NCBI GenBank assembly: GCA_964016885.1
Contig: OZ024755.1
Location: forward strand, 1,178,001-1,242,000
Direction of reading: 5' to 3'
Length of the DNA: 64,000 nucleotides
DNA from: Eledone cirrhosa
Taxonomy: Eukaryota
The notes under the pieces were generated by a model, which saw only the letters and a list, made by a program, of their open reading frames with translations, was not told the origin of the DNA and ran no database searches. Positions 46,122 to 58,826 of the stretch are shown piece after piece. The position numbers and the translations under genes are program-made. Numbering within the stretch: the stretch's first letter is position 1; each line of letters starts with the position of its first letter.

Positions 46122-47892
46122 TTAACCCTTTCATTACCATATTACTAATGAAAGACACTGTCTATGTCATTAACCCTTTCATTACCATATTACTAATGAA
46201 AGACACTGTCTATATCATTAACCCTTTCATTACCATATTCCTAATGAAAGAGACTGTCTATATCATTAACCCTTTCATTGCCATATTTCTAATGAAAGAC
46301 ACTGTCTATATCATTAACCCTTTCATTACCATATTTCTAATGAAAGACACTGTCTATGTCATTAACCCTTTCATTACCATATTTCTAATGAAAGACACTG
46401 TCTATATCATTAACCCTTTCATTGCCATATTTCTAATGAAAGAGACTGTCTATATCATTAACCCTTTCATTACCATATTTCTAATGAAAGAGACTGTCTA
46501 TATCATTAACCCTTTCATTACCATATCTCTAATGAAAGACACTGTCTATGTCATTAACCCTTTCATTACCATATTTCTAATAAAAGAGACTGTCTATATC
46601 ATTAACCCTTTCATTACCATATTTCTAATGAAAGAGACTGTCTATGTCATTAACCCTTTCATTACCATATTACTAATGAAAGACACTGTCTATGTCATTA
46701 ACCCTTTCATTACCATATTTCTAATGAAAGAGACTGTCTATATCATTAACCCTTTCATTACCATATCTCTAATGAAAGACACTGTCTATGTCATTAACCC
46801 TTTCATTACCATATTTCTAATGAAAGAGACTGTCTATATCATTAACCCTTTCATTACCATATCTCTAATGAAAGACACTGTCTATGTCATTAACCCTTTC
46901 ATTACCATATTTCTAATGAAAGAGACTGTCTATATCATTAACCCTTTCATTACCATATTTCTAATGAAAGAGACTGTCTATGTCATTAACCCTTTCATTA
47001 CCATATTACTAATGAAAGACACTGTCTATGTCATTAACCCTTTCATTACCATATTTCTAATGAAAGAGACTGTCTATATCATTAACCCTTTCATTGCCAT
47101 ATTTCTAATGAAAGACACTGTCTATATCATTAACCCTTTCATTACCATATTTCTAATGAAAGACACTGTCTGTGTCATTAACCCTTTCATTACCATATTT
47201 TTAATGAAAGACACTGTCTATGTCATTAACCCTTTCATTACCATATTTCTAATGAAAGACACTGTCTATGTCATTAACCCTTTCATTACCATATCTCTAA
47301 TGAAAGACACTGTCTATGTCATTAACCCTTTCATTACCATATTTCTAATGAAAGACACTGTCTATGTCATTAACCCTTTCATTACCATATCTCTAATGAA
47401 AGACACTGTCTATGTCATTAACCCTTTCATTGCCATATTTCTAATGAAAGAGACTGTCTATATCATTAACCCTTTCATTACCATATTTCTAATGAAAGAG
47501 ACTGTCTATGTCATTAACCCTTTCATTACCATATTACTAATGAAAGACTGTCTATGTCATTAACCCTTTCATTACCATATTTCTAATGAAAGAGACTGTC
47601 TATATCATTAACCCTTTCATTGCCATATTTCTAATGAAAGACACTGTCTTTATCATTAACCCTTTCATTACCATATTTCTAATGAAAGACACTGTCTATG
47701 TCATTAACCCTTTCATTACCATATTTCTAATGAAATACACTGTATATGTCTTTAACCCCTTCATTACCATATTTCTAATGAAAGACACTGTCTATGTCAT
47801 TAACCCTTTCATTACCATATTACTAATGAAAGACACTGTCTATGTCATTAACCCTTTCATTACCATATTTCTAATGAAAGAGACTGTCTATG
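46122..47892. repeat. 48-bp minisatellite, about 37 copies
   Basis: Unit TTAACCCTTTCATTACCATATTTCTAATGAAAGACACTGTCTATRTCA; gives the 16-aa repeat ORF. Confidence 0.97.
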
Positions 47893-49061
47893 ATTTCAAA
47901 TTATGTTGAAAATTAAGAATCTGGAGTGTTGTAATATAACTAACATTTTCACTGTGTCCTACTTCACTGTGGGTAACACAGTTTATTGTGGATAACACAA
48001 TCTACTGTGGGTTCTAGTATACTGTGTGTCTGCCATTCTACTGTGGGTATCTCAGTCTACTGTGTGTCTGCCATTCTACTGTTAGCCTCCCAGTTTATGT
48101 TGGGCATTTAAACCCTGAAGATGGAGAAAATTGTAGCAATTATTTGTGATCCCCGTAGAAGAGGATCAGAACGGTAGAAGAGAACGGAAGATAGAAGAAA
48201 GATCACGGAAGTTGATTGTCAGGCAAAAAGTAAAAGAGAGCAGATAAAAACAATAAATGGGAAGAAATAAACTAAATAGAGAATAAATACTAGTAGATGA
48301 TCTTTTAAAGAAAAGCTGCAGGGGTGCCAAGAAAGATTGACTAGAAAGAAAAGGAGAAATAGGCAGAATGGCGCTAAATAAAATGATAGAAAACCATTAT
48401 ATCAGATTGTGAGAGAGATGTAACCAGGGAGAATAGATTAACAACAGTGTATGAGTGAAAGACAAAAACATGAAAATATGGCTGACAGAAGGTGAGAGAG
48501 GAGAGTATTTTCAGAAGATATTAAAACAAATGAATCCAACTGAGGTTTTTTCATATTGAATTTAAATTTTGCTGCTGAATCTCTGCAAATAAAAACTGAT
48601 GCCACAAAACTTGTGATCATTTATGTCAGCAAATATTGAAGACTTTACAAAATATAAACAGTTTACAAAATAGAATAAATTAATATACCAAGATATGTCT
48701 AATATTTTGACCAAGATTAATCAGAAGTTTCTTTTACCTGAAACATTAGATTTCTCTTCTTCTTTGTGGAAAATAGTTTATTTTACTCATCAAACTTTTC
48801 ATCCAAGTTATATAAAAGATAAGTTGAGCAGAGCTTTCCAAACTTTTTACATTGGCGAAATAATTTAAAAACTATAATTTCCTATGACACATTAACTAAG
48901 TTTTGGTAACAACATAAAATTAATGAAATTAATACATAAACAATTATATATTATATTACATTTAATTAATTACATGTCTGATTGTTTGTAGAGTTGATAA
49001 ATCTAAAAAATATTTAAGGCTAAATACTCATAAAATTTAATGAGATTTCACTAAATTTTGT

Positions 49062-51104
49062 GGAGTTTCTCAGCAACACACTGTAGTGTTGTGATGGGGC
49101 CTATGACACACCTGGAGTTTCTCAGCAACACACTGTAGTGTTGTGATGGGGCCTATGACACACCTGAAGTTTCTCAGCAACACACTGTAGTGTTGTGATG
49201 GGGCCTATGACACACCTGGAGTTTCTCAGCAACACAGTGTAGTGTTGTGATGGGGCCTATGACACACCAGGAGTTTCTCAGCAACACAGTGTAGTGTTGT
49301 GATGGGGCCTATGACACACCTGAAGTTTCTCAGCAACACACTGTAGTGTTGTGATGGGGCCTATGACACACCTGGAGTTTCTCAGCAACACAGTGTAGTG
49401 TTGTGATGGGGCCTATGACACACCTGAAGTTTCTCAGCAACACACTGTAGTGTTGTGATGGGGCCTATGACACACCTGAAGTTTCTCAGCAACACAGTGT
49501 AGTGTTGTGATGGGGCCTATGACACACCTGGAGTTTCTCAGCAACACACTGTAGTGTTGTGATGGGGCCTATGACACACCTGAAGTTTCTCAGCAACACA
49601 CTGTAGTGTTGTGATGGGGCCTATGACACACCTGGAGTTTCTCAGCAACACACTGTAGTGTTGTGATGGGGCCTATGACACACCTGGAGTTTCTCAGCAA
49701 CACACTGTAGTGTTGTGATGGGGCCTATGACACACCTGGAGTTTCTCAGCAACACAGTGTTGTGATGGGGCCTATGACACACCAGGAGTTTCTCAGCAAC
49801 ACACTGTAGTGTTGTGATGGGGCCTATGACACACCTGGAGTTTCTCAGCAACACACTGTAGTGTTGTGATGGGGCCTATGACACACCTGGAGTTTCTCAG
49901 CAACACACTGTTGTGATGGGGCCTATGACACACCTGGAGTTTCTCAGCAACACAGTGTAGTGTTGTGATGGGGCCTATGACACACCTGGAGTTTCTCAGC
50001 AACACACTGTAGTGTTGTGATGGGGCCTATGACACACCTGGAGTTTCTCAGCAACACAGTGTTGTGATGGGGCCTATGACACACCTGAAGTTTCTCAGCA
50101 ACACACTGTAGTGTTGTGATGGGGCCTATGACACACCTGGAGTTTCTCAGCAACACACTGTAGTGTTGTGATGGGGCCTATGACACACCTGGAGTTTCTC
50201 AGCAACACACTGTAGTGTTGTGATGGGGCCTATGACACACCTGGAGTTTCTCAGCAACACAGTGTTGTGATGGGGCCTATGACACACCTGAAGTTTCTCA
50301 GCAACACACTGTAGTGTTGTGATGGGGCCTATGACACACCTGGAGTTTCTCAGCAACACACTGTAGTGTTGTGATGGGGCCTATGACACACCTGGAGTTT
50401 CTCAGCAACACAGTGTTGTGATGGGGCCTATGACACACCTGAAGTTTCTCAGCAACACACTGTAGTGTTGTGATGGGGCCTATGACACACCTGGAGTTTC
50501 TCAGCAACACAGTGTAGTGTTGTGATGGGGCCTATGACACACCAGGAGTTTCTCAGCAACACACTGTAGTGTTGTGATGGGGCCTATGACACACCTGGAG
50601 TTTCTCAGCAACACACTGTAGTGTTGTGATGGGGCCTATGACACACCTGGAGTTTCTCAGCAACACACTGTAGTGTTGTGATGGGGCCTATGACACACCT
50701 GGAGTTTCTCAGCAACACACTGTAGTGTTGTGATGGGGCCTATGACACACCAGGAGTTTCTCAGCAACACACTGTAGTGTTGTGATGGGGCCTATGACAC
50801 ACCTGGAGTTTCTCAGCAACACACTGTAGTGTTGTGATGGGGCCTATGACACACCTGGAGTTTCTCAGCAACACACTGTAGTGTTGTGATGGGGCCTATG
50901 ACACACCTGGAGTTTCTCAGCAACACACTGTAGTGTTGTGATGGGGCCTATGACACACCAGGAGTTTCTCAGCAACACACTGTAGTGTTGTGATGGGGCC
51001 TATGACACACCAGAAGTTTCTCAGCAACACAGTGTAGTGTTGTGATGGGGCCTATGACACACCTGAAGTTTCTCAGCAACACACTGTAGTGTTGTGATGG
51101 GGCC
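49062..51104. repeat. 52-bp minisatellite with 47-bp variants, about 40 copies
   Basis: Unit GGAGTTTCTCAGCAACACACTGTAGTGTTGTGATGGGGCCTATGACACACCT. Confidence 0.97.
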
Positions 51105-51949
51105 CAAGTTTGTCGACCTTCTGGTGAGCCCTGGAAAATGATAATTGATCTCTGATCTTCATCTGTAAACTACAACAACCTAAGAACATCTCATGCAAGA
51201 AGAAGAAGAAATAGTGTTGTGACACACAGAGTTGTCAGCAACACACTATACTGTTGTGACACAGAGTTTATAAACAACATGCTATAGTGTTGTGACACAC
51301 CTAGAGTATGTTAGAAATATGTTACGATGTTGTGAGACACCTAGAGTGTTGTGACACACCTACAATTTATCAACAAGTTACAGTGTTGTGAGATAGTTTG
51401 GAAACCTCTGCATTAGATCATCAGATAGAATTCCTTACGGTATTTGTTCCAGCTCCCTGTCCTCGGAATCCTCGCTGAGATCATATTTTCCTTTCATTCT
51501 TTCGACAAATAAAGTACAATGCCTGTACTGGCTCAATTATTCCTTCTGTCTCTCTCCCTCTGGTTTGTACCTGTAATTCAAAATGTCCAACTATGTTATG
51601 TTGTGTCATGCTGTTTTGTATTTAATAAGATACACTGGGGAAAGACATTTCTTTAAAATGCACCATTTTATTTCTATAAATATACCCATGGCCATGTATT
51701 TGATTATATGCTAATATAAATATAGAAAAAGGAAACAGTTAACCAGGTAATAACTCAAATTATATTCAATTTAATGTATCAAATGGTTTTAACCTACAAC
51801 CAGCAAGTGGTTTCATACAACCAAGGTAATGTCCCGTTGCTTGTCTTATGTTTTTGTTAAATATATTAATACAATCTAAATATTCAATTGTATTGAAAGG
51901 TGTGAGAAGATAGATACACTCACAGTCATACATTTGATGATTACATAAT

Positions 51950-52138
51950 TGTTTCTATTTTAGGCACAAGGCCAGCAATTATCCCAGTACATTACTGGTA
52001 CTTTATTTTATCGACCCCGTAAGGATGAAAGTCAAAGTTAACCCCGGCGGAATTTGAACTCAGATCATAAAGGGCCATAACTCTATGCTGCAAAGCATGG
52101 CGACCGACCCTCTACCGATACTGCCAATCCACCGCCCT
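51950..52138 (-). mobile_element. Full-length SINE, same family as 16731
   Basis: Reverse complement of GGGCGGTGGATTGGCAGTATCGGTAGAG...GTGCCTAAAATAGAAAC. Confidence 0.85.
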
Positions 52139-52869
52139 TTCCTAATTTGATGATTACATAATAAAAAAGAAACCAGTTCGTTACTTAAAACACAACAGAT
52201 TGTCAGAGTTGTTAGAATATCAGATAAAATACTTTATCCTGCCGAGGTCACCTTTGACTTTCATTCATTTAAGGTTGATAAAAAGAGGTACCAGTTTAGT
52301 ATAAAATAAAATACCAGTAATACCCAGGGGTAGAAACAATTATTAAGAAAGCCACCCAATTGATCTTCATTCTTCACAATGAAGAATCTATTGTAAGCTT
52401 CAAAGAAAAGTCATGTTGCTAATTACAATTTTCTATAATTGATTCCAAATGTCAGTTTCATCTTTGTAAATTGTAAAGACTACATAAATGTAAAAATAAA
52501 TTAAGTTTCTATACATGGCTTTTAGTGCCAGGAATTTAAAATATAATATTAATAATTAATTTATTACTAAATACTTTACAGATGCAAATAGCCAGTTGTG
52601 ATACAACACTCCTGAACATGGGAGAAATTGATTTTATATCTACAAGCTATGGAATAATTTATTTTTTTTAAAAAATTATTAATATTTTCCCATTATATAT
52701 ATTTTACTCAATAAGTGCAAGTAGAATAGATTAAATATTTCAAGTTACATAGAAATATTTTAAAAATATTTGATTGTATTGTTTAGTTTATAAAGATCTC
52801 TAAAATATTTTAACAGACAAAAGTATTACTGTGTGTTGATGTCCATCTTTCTCTGTTCAGAGGGTTTGT

Positions 52870-53230
52870 TTGTTCTTGTTGTTGTTACAGCTCACACGGC
52901 AGGTTTAGCTGGCCTCCTCCAAGGTATATCTCGTTGGAGGTGTCTTGGGTGATTTAATGATAGGGATCCCAGTCCCTATCATCTCATTTCTACAGCTGAG
53001 TAAACTGGACCAACGTGAAATAAAGTGTCTTGCTTAAGGAAACAACACATCACCCGGTCCGAGAATTGAACTCACAACCTTTTGATTGCAAGCCCAATGC
53101 TCTAACCACTAAGCCATGCACCTTCACACTTGCTCAAGGAAACACCACATCACCTGGTCCGAGAATTGAACTGACAACCTTTCCATTGCAAGCCCAATGC
53201 CCTAACCACTAAGCCATGTGCCTTCACAAG
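52870..53230 (-). mobile_element. CORE-like SINE with a duplicated tRNA-like head
   Basis: Two copies of TTGCTYAAGGAAAC...GAGAATTGAACT...TAACCACTAAGCCATG. Confidence 0.75.
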
Positions 53231-53326
53231 GTTTAGACATCCAGTTATTAGATTGTTCCATTAAGTCAAAGTTACGGCAAAGCTTTCTAATTCAATTTTC
53301 AAACTCTGCTCTCTGCTTTCTAAATA

Positions 53327-53499
53327 TACAAAGGTCGGCTGAAATGTTCATAGGCTGACTATGAAGGAGTGACGCTAGAGCTGTGAAATCTTGCATACAT
53401 TAATTTCCTTTCCAGGGACTATGATGAAAAATAAACCTCATTTGTTCATTCCATGAGAGTATCTTGGTCAGCATATGAACTTTTCAGCTGACCCTCATA
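53327..53499. mobile_element. Tc1/mariner-like MITE; partial copies at about 37745-37845, 40064-40112 and 44176-44335
   Basis: TIR GGTCRGCTGAAANGTTCATA...TATGAACTTTTCAGCTGACC with TA flanks; internal sequence shared between copies. Confidence 0.75.
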
Positions 53500-54125
53500 T
53501 ATATGTATATATTAAAGAGTTAAACAAGATTCAATGAGTACATCAAAGAATGAGTTTTACAGTAGATTGGAAGCACTCTACAGAAAAGTATTTTCCAGAG
53601 TTATTAATACAAATATTAATAAAATAGATGTTCTTTTGATCAATTAAATTTTATTATACATATTTCAGAGGTACAACAGTATGTCCTCAGACAAAATATG
53701 ATACAAAATATAATGATACATTTTAATATATGTATATATATATATATACATATATATATATACATATATATTTAATATAGAAAAAGTTTCTACAGGACTA
53801 GAACTGTTTCATTCTGGAGAAATCATTAGGAAGCCGACTATCCAAGTAATATGGTGGTAGGAGAGGGTGGTGATTGGGATGGGTGGAATTCTTACATATA
53901 TATATAAGAATAATTTAATTTAGTAAAGTGAAACGGCTTGAGCTCTGCCGTCAGGGTCCTGAACCTTTTTCCTATATATATATAACATTCCTCTATCCTC
54001 TCTCACACATAGATGTGAAATACTTAGATACAAACATATGTTATGTGAGAACCTATAGTTTATAGCACATGTATTAAATATGCTAGGAATCCCACCTGGA
54101 TAGCTACCAAAATAACTTCAATAAA

Positions 54126-54503
54126 TATATACTGTACCTGTCTTAATATATACTGTACCTGTCTTAATATATACTGTACCTGTCTTAATATATACTGTAC
54201 CTGTCTTAATATATACTGTACCTGTCTTAATATATACTGTACCTGTCTTAATATATACTGTACCTGTCTTAATATATACTGTACCTGTCTTAATATATAC
54301 TGTACCTGTCTTAATATATACTGTACCTGTCTTAATATATACTGTACCTGTCTTAATATATACTGTACCTGTCTTAATATATACTGTACCTGTCTTAATA
54401 TATACTGTACCTGTCTTAATATATACTGTACCTGTCTTAATATATACTGTACCTGTCTTAATATATACTGTACCTGTCTTAATATATACTGTACCTGTCT
54501 TAA
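54126..54503. repeat. Perfect 21-bp minisatellite, about 18 copies (ATATATACTGTACCTGTCTTA)
   Basis: Direct reading. Confidence 0.97.
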
Positions 54504-54571
54504 TTATAAGTTGGGGCGAGGGGGTTAAACCATAACAAACTATTGTACATTCATAGAAAATAGGAATATAT

Positions 54572-55250
54572 GTTGTAGTGGTGTTGTAGTGGTGTTGTAG
54601 TAGTGTTGTAGTGGTGTTGTGAAGGTGTGGTGTAGTGGTGTTGTGAAGGTGTAGTGGTGTTGTGAAGGTGTGTTGTAGTGGTGTTGTGAAGGTGTGTGGA
54701 AGTGGTGTTGTGAAGGTGTGGTGGTAGTGGTGTTGTGAAGGTGTGTGGTAGTAGTGTTGTGAAGGTGTGGTGTAGTGGTGTTGTGAAGGTGTGTTGTAGT
54801 GGTGTTGTGAAGGGGTGTGGTAGTAGTGTGGTGTAGTGGTGTTGTGAAGGTGTAGTGGTGTTGTGAAGGTGTGTGGTAGTGGTGTTGTGAAGGTGTGGTG
54901 GTAGTGGTGTTGTGAAGGTGTGTGGTAGTAGTGTTGTGAAGGTGTGGTGTAGTGGTGTTGTGAAGGGGTGTGGTAGTAGTGTGGTGTAGTGGTGTTGTGA
55001 AGGTGTGGTGTAGTGGTGTTGTGAAGGTGTGTTGTAGTGGTGTTGTGAAGGTGTGTGGAAGTGGTGTTGTGAAGGTGTGTTGTAGTGGTGTTGTGAAGGT
55101 GTGTGGAAGTGGTGTTGTGAAGGTGTGGTGTAGTGGTGTTGTGAAGGTGTGTGGAAGTGGTGTTGTGAAGGTGTGGTGTAGTGGTGTTGTGAAGGTGTGT
55201 GGAAGTGGTGTTGTGAAGGTGTGGTGTAGTGGTGTTGTGAAGGTGTAGTG
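54572..55250. repeat. GT-rich minisatellite, about 24-bp unit (GTAGTGGTGTTGTGAAGGTGTGGT)
   Basis: Direct reading. Confidence 0.95.
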
Positions 55251-55417
55251 ATCGTGATGATGATAAACTATTGCTAAAGAAAGCATATGTTATAAGCACA
55301 CACATTTACATACGTAGATTTACTTATAAACACACACACACACACACATATATATATACAGAGAGAGAGAGAAACACACACACACACACACATATATATA
55401 TACAGAGAGAGAGAGAA

Positions 55418-55448
<31 letters not shown>

Positions 55449-55545
55449 CAGAGAGAGAGAGAAACACACACACACACACATATATATACAGAGAGAGAGA
55501 GAGAAACACACACACACATATATATACAGAGAGAGAGAGAGAGAA

Positions 55546-55576
<31 letters not shown>

Positions 55577-56569
55577 CAGAGAGAGAGAGAGAGAGAGAAA
55601 CACACACACAAGTAGTAATAGTAGTAGTACTACTACTACTACTACTAGTAGTAACAACAATAGTAGTAATATTTCCGTTTCGTGTGCACTGAAGAATGCG
55701 GATACCCAACCAGCTTTGATAACCTACACGAAGTACATAAGACAGGTGTAAATATTTAGCCGTTCTTGTCAGTTGTACAGCCTGTGAGGAAGCGATCTTT
55801 GCTAAAAATAGCAGCTAAATCTCCCTCTACCTCCACCATAACCACACTAGAATACAGCGGTTCCCTACCTTTCCCCATATCAGTGAAACGTTTGGTCCAG
55901 CCCGAGTTTTCTCTTTTTCAACGATAAGATATATTATATCAGGCCTTTAAGATATATTATATAACATTATTATATGATATTCTGGCCCTTTAAGTTCTGA
56001 GTTCAAATCCCCACGAGATTAACTTTGCCTTTCATCCTTACTAGGTCCGATAAAATAAAGTACCAGTAATGCACTGAGGTAATAGCTGGCCTTGTGCCAA
56101 AAGTAGAAACAATTATTATATGATTATATAATTATATTACAATATAATTATGGCGATGAAAACACCATCGTCTCGATATCTAAACAAAGCAATTTGTCCG
56201 TAACTTCAGTCTTTAAAACCCCGCCATTTTGTGAGACAATGTCCCTTTAATTCTTTCTTTATACTTGTACATTATATAATCCTTAATGTCAGTAAACTTG
56301 TTCATGAAAAATTTCAAAAATCCTTGTATGGAATTGTGGTGTGCTTCACATTTCCAGCGATGGCTATTGTGCGCATGTGCACGCTGGTTAGAGAAAGCAG
56401 ACGACCATGTCCGAATGTCAGGTAGTGTTTATTGTTGACCCAGCCTGTGTTGTGCTTAAACACTGTACCATATTCTTCAATGTGATAAACTTTAGATGGT
56501 TATCATCCTTCCAGTTATTCTATTGTATAAAAACTTTAAATAATTTAACCATGACCTCCTTGCGTCCCC

Positions 56570-57910
56570 AAGAAATAAGTTCACTGACTGTAAACTTCAA
56601 TAGCTTAAGTTTTCACTGTTGTCGCTCCATGAGAAAGTTACAGTTAAGAAAAGAGATCGTTCAACACCAGATATTCAAATATCTTAGCCAGGAATAAGTA
56701 ACAAAAGGTATATTTGTAGCTTTAATTCTGAATGGTACCAACGGAAAAGTTGGTTTTGTGGCTGCGAAGTGAAAAATGCATTGTGTTGTTTGGAGGTGAT
56801 GTAACGTGGACAAAAGACGGTTTTATAAATATAAACAAAACGAAAGAAAAAAACTGACAAACACGAGAAGTCAAAAGAAGCATGTTGAAAATGTGGTTTC
56901 ACAGTCACTTTTAGGAAACGTAAATATTAAGGAGAAACTTTCAATCAGTTAGCATAACATGATGGTTAAAATGAACCGCGAAAGCAGCAAGTATTACACG
57001 GACTGCAAGAATATTTTTCTCTAACATTTTGACTATTCCAACATTCTTCTCACCACAACGTGTATCCACTCTCAAGAAATATATGGACGTCAGTATTCCA
57101 CGTCTATCCTCTACGGACAATGAACAGAGTTCATGAAAACTTGCCACCTTTAAAAAGCTACCTTACTGAAATTCAGTCAACATCAAATACAGATCAAACC
57201 ATTGCAGAAGCAACAGGAATTTTAAAATACATGACTGATCATAATTTCATATTTTGGTTAGAGATTTTTCATCAGATAATGCTTCAAGTAATTTACAACC
57301 AAATGCAATCTCGAGAAATTCGTGTACTTAAAGTCAATAACAGATTTCAAAACTACTATTTTAGAAATAAGAAACTCGAAGTACTGTGAGAATCCTTCAA
57401 AGACACTCATGGCAGAAGCAAAGGAAATGTGTGACTGCATATGTATTGATATAATGGACATATATTCTTCCACTAAACACTTAGTAGCTGCTAAATTGTT
57501 CAACAAGAAAAGCTTCACTAGTTTTAAGAATGAACTGTCTACAGAAGAGATAGTACTGACCACTGAATCATATCTCATGATTGACGAAGAAAAGCTTGAA
57601 ACTGAACTAAAAGTATTCTATTGTTGATCCGTTATACATGAACATTGCAAATTAATTGAGCTGCTGAAATTTATCTTAGAAAATAATCTAGATGGTGTTC
57701 TTAGTGAAATTACGAAACTGATAAAAATCCTTGGGAATTGTCAAGAGGATTTTTATCAGAACGCTGCTTTTCAACACTGTAAAGAATAAAAGCTTTTCTA
57801 ATGAGCACCATGAAGCCTGAAAGACTAAATGCACTTGCAGTGCTTTCAATTGTGATAAGTTTCCTCAACAGTAATCCAGGGATCAAGGACAAAATTAGTA
57901 AAAATAATTT
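56570..57910 (+). pseudogene. Degenerate hAT (ZMYM1-like) transposase
   Basis: SFNSEWYQRKSWFCGCEVKNALCC (TTF-type zinc finger) near 56720; FIFWLEIFHQIM; SERCFSTL*RIKAFLMSTMKPERLNALAVLSI (hAT dimerisation domain) near 57756-57850. Stops and frameshifts throughout. Confidence 0.8.
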
Positions 57911-57974
57911 TAAATCAAGGTATTTACAACTACAAGTGTAGTCATTCTTTTCCCTTTTTTTCTTATATATATAA

Positions 57975-58172
57975 AGGTAGAACACTGAAAGGTAATATCC
58001 GTAGTGGTAGAGCACTCAGTCCATGGGACGTGTTTGGTAACACAACAGTTAGTTCACCATACCGAGAACAATTGTTTCACCTTACGCGGATCTTCACCTT
58101 ATGAGTCCGAGCTGAAGATCCGCATAAGGTGAAACAATTGTTCTCGGTATGGTGAACTAACTGTTGTTACTC
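57975..58172. mobile_element. Hairpin element family B, third copy
   Basis: Homologous to 21111 and 39582; internal inverted repeat at about 58044-58096 versus 58113-58167. Confidence 0.8.
58107..58147 (+). ncRNA. Putative minimal type I hammerhead ribozyme (family B)
   Basis: CCGAG-CTGAAGA-TCCGCATAAGGT-GAAA-CAATTG-TT-CTCGG; perfect stem I and palindromic ACAATTGT stem III. Confidence 0.6.
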
Positions 58173-58782
58173 TCTCTCTATATATATATATAGAGAGAGA
58201 GAGTATTTACGTATCGAGAGAGAGAAAAAAAAAGGGAGGGATAGGTGATACATGTAGTTATTTGCCAAATAGCGTATGCAGAAGGTGCTCGATACTAATG
58301 CCGACAGTGTTAAATATTAGAAGTGTTAATATTTAGTGGGCGAGAGAGTTAGCAGAGCGTAAGCACGTGGAAAAGTAAGAAATCGTAAGAAATTGAGAAA
58401 AGTAAGAAATTGAGAAGCCCATCCGGGCGAAACGTACGTAGGTGCTGTTTTAAATAAACATGTATTAACGGTCTGTACTCCGATTTCTTACTTTTCCACG
58501 TATATATATATAATATATATTATCGAATACTGTTGGCTTCTTGCTACAATACTTTCTATACCTTTCATTTATATATATATTTTTTTTTTATTTGTTTGAC
58601 CCGAATTACTTGATCGTTTTTTGGGGGGGTTGTGCGGATGATTGTTTAACCATCGTCTCAGTGTGTTTGGCCTTTAACCTTTGTTATAGCTCTGGTTCAT
58701 CTGAATCATTGAGCACTTGCCACAGATCTCGGAGGTTGTTTTTTGTTATTTCGTGGGCCGAAATGCGATTCTCGATAATTTG

Positions 58783-58826
<44 letters not shown>

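Noticed and set aside
46115-47909. 482-aa hydrophobic repeat ORF
   Set aside because: 48-bp minisatellite; a 2-bp deletion near 47548 breaks the frame.
49062-51104. CRISPR-like regular array with hairpin
   Set aside because: Units are contiguous with no unique spacers, there are no cas genes, and the context is eukaryotic.
54118-55305. 395-aa mucin-like ORF
   Set aside because: Two adjacent minisatellites read through by chance.
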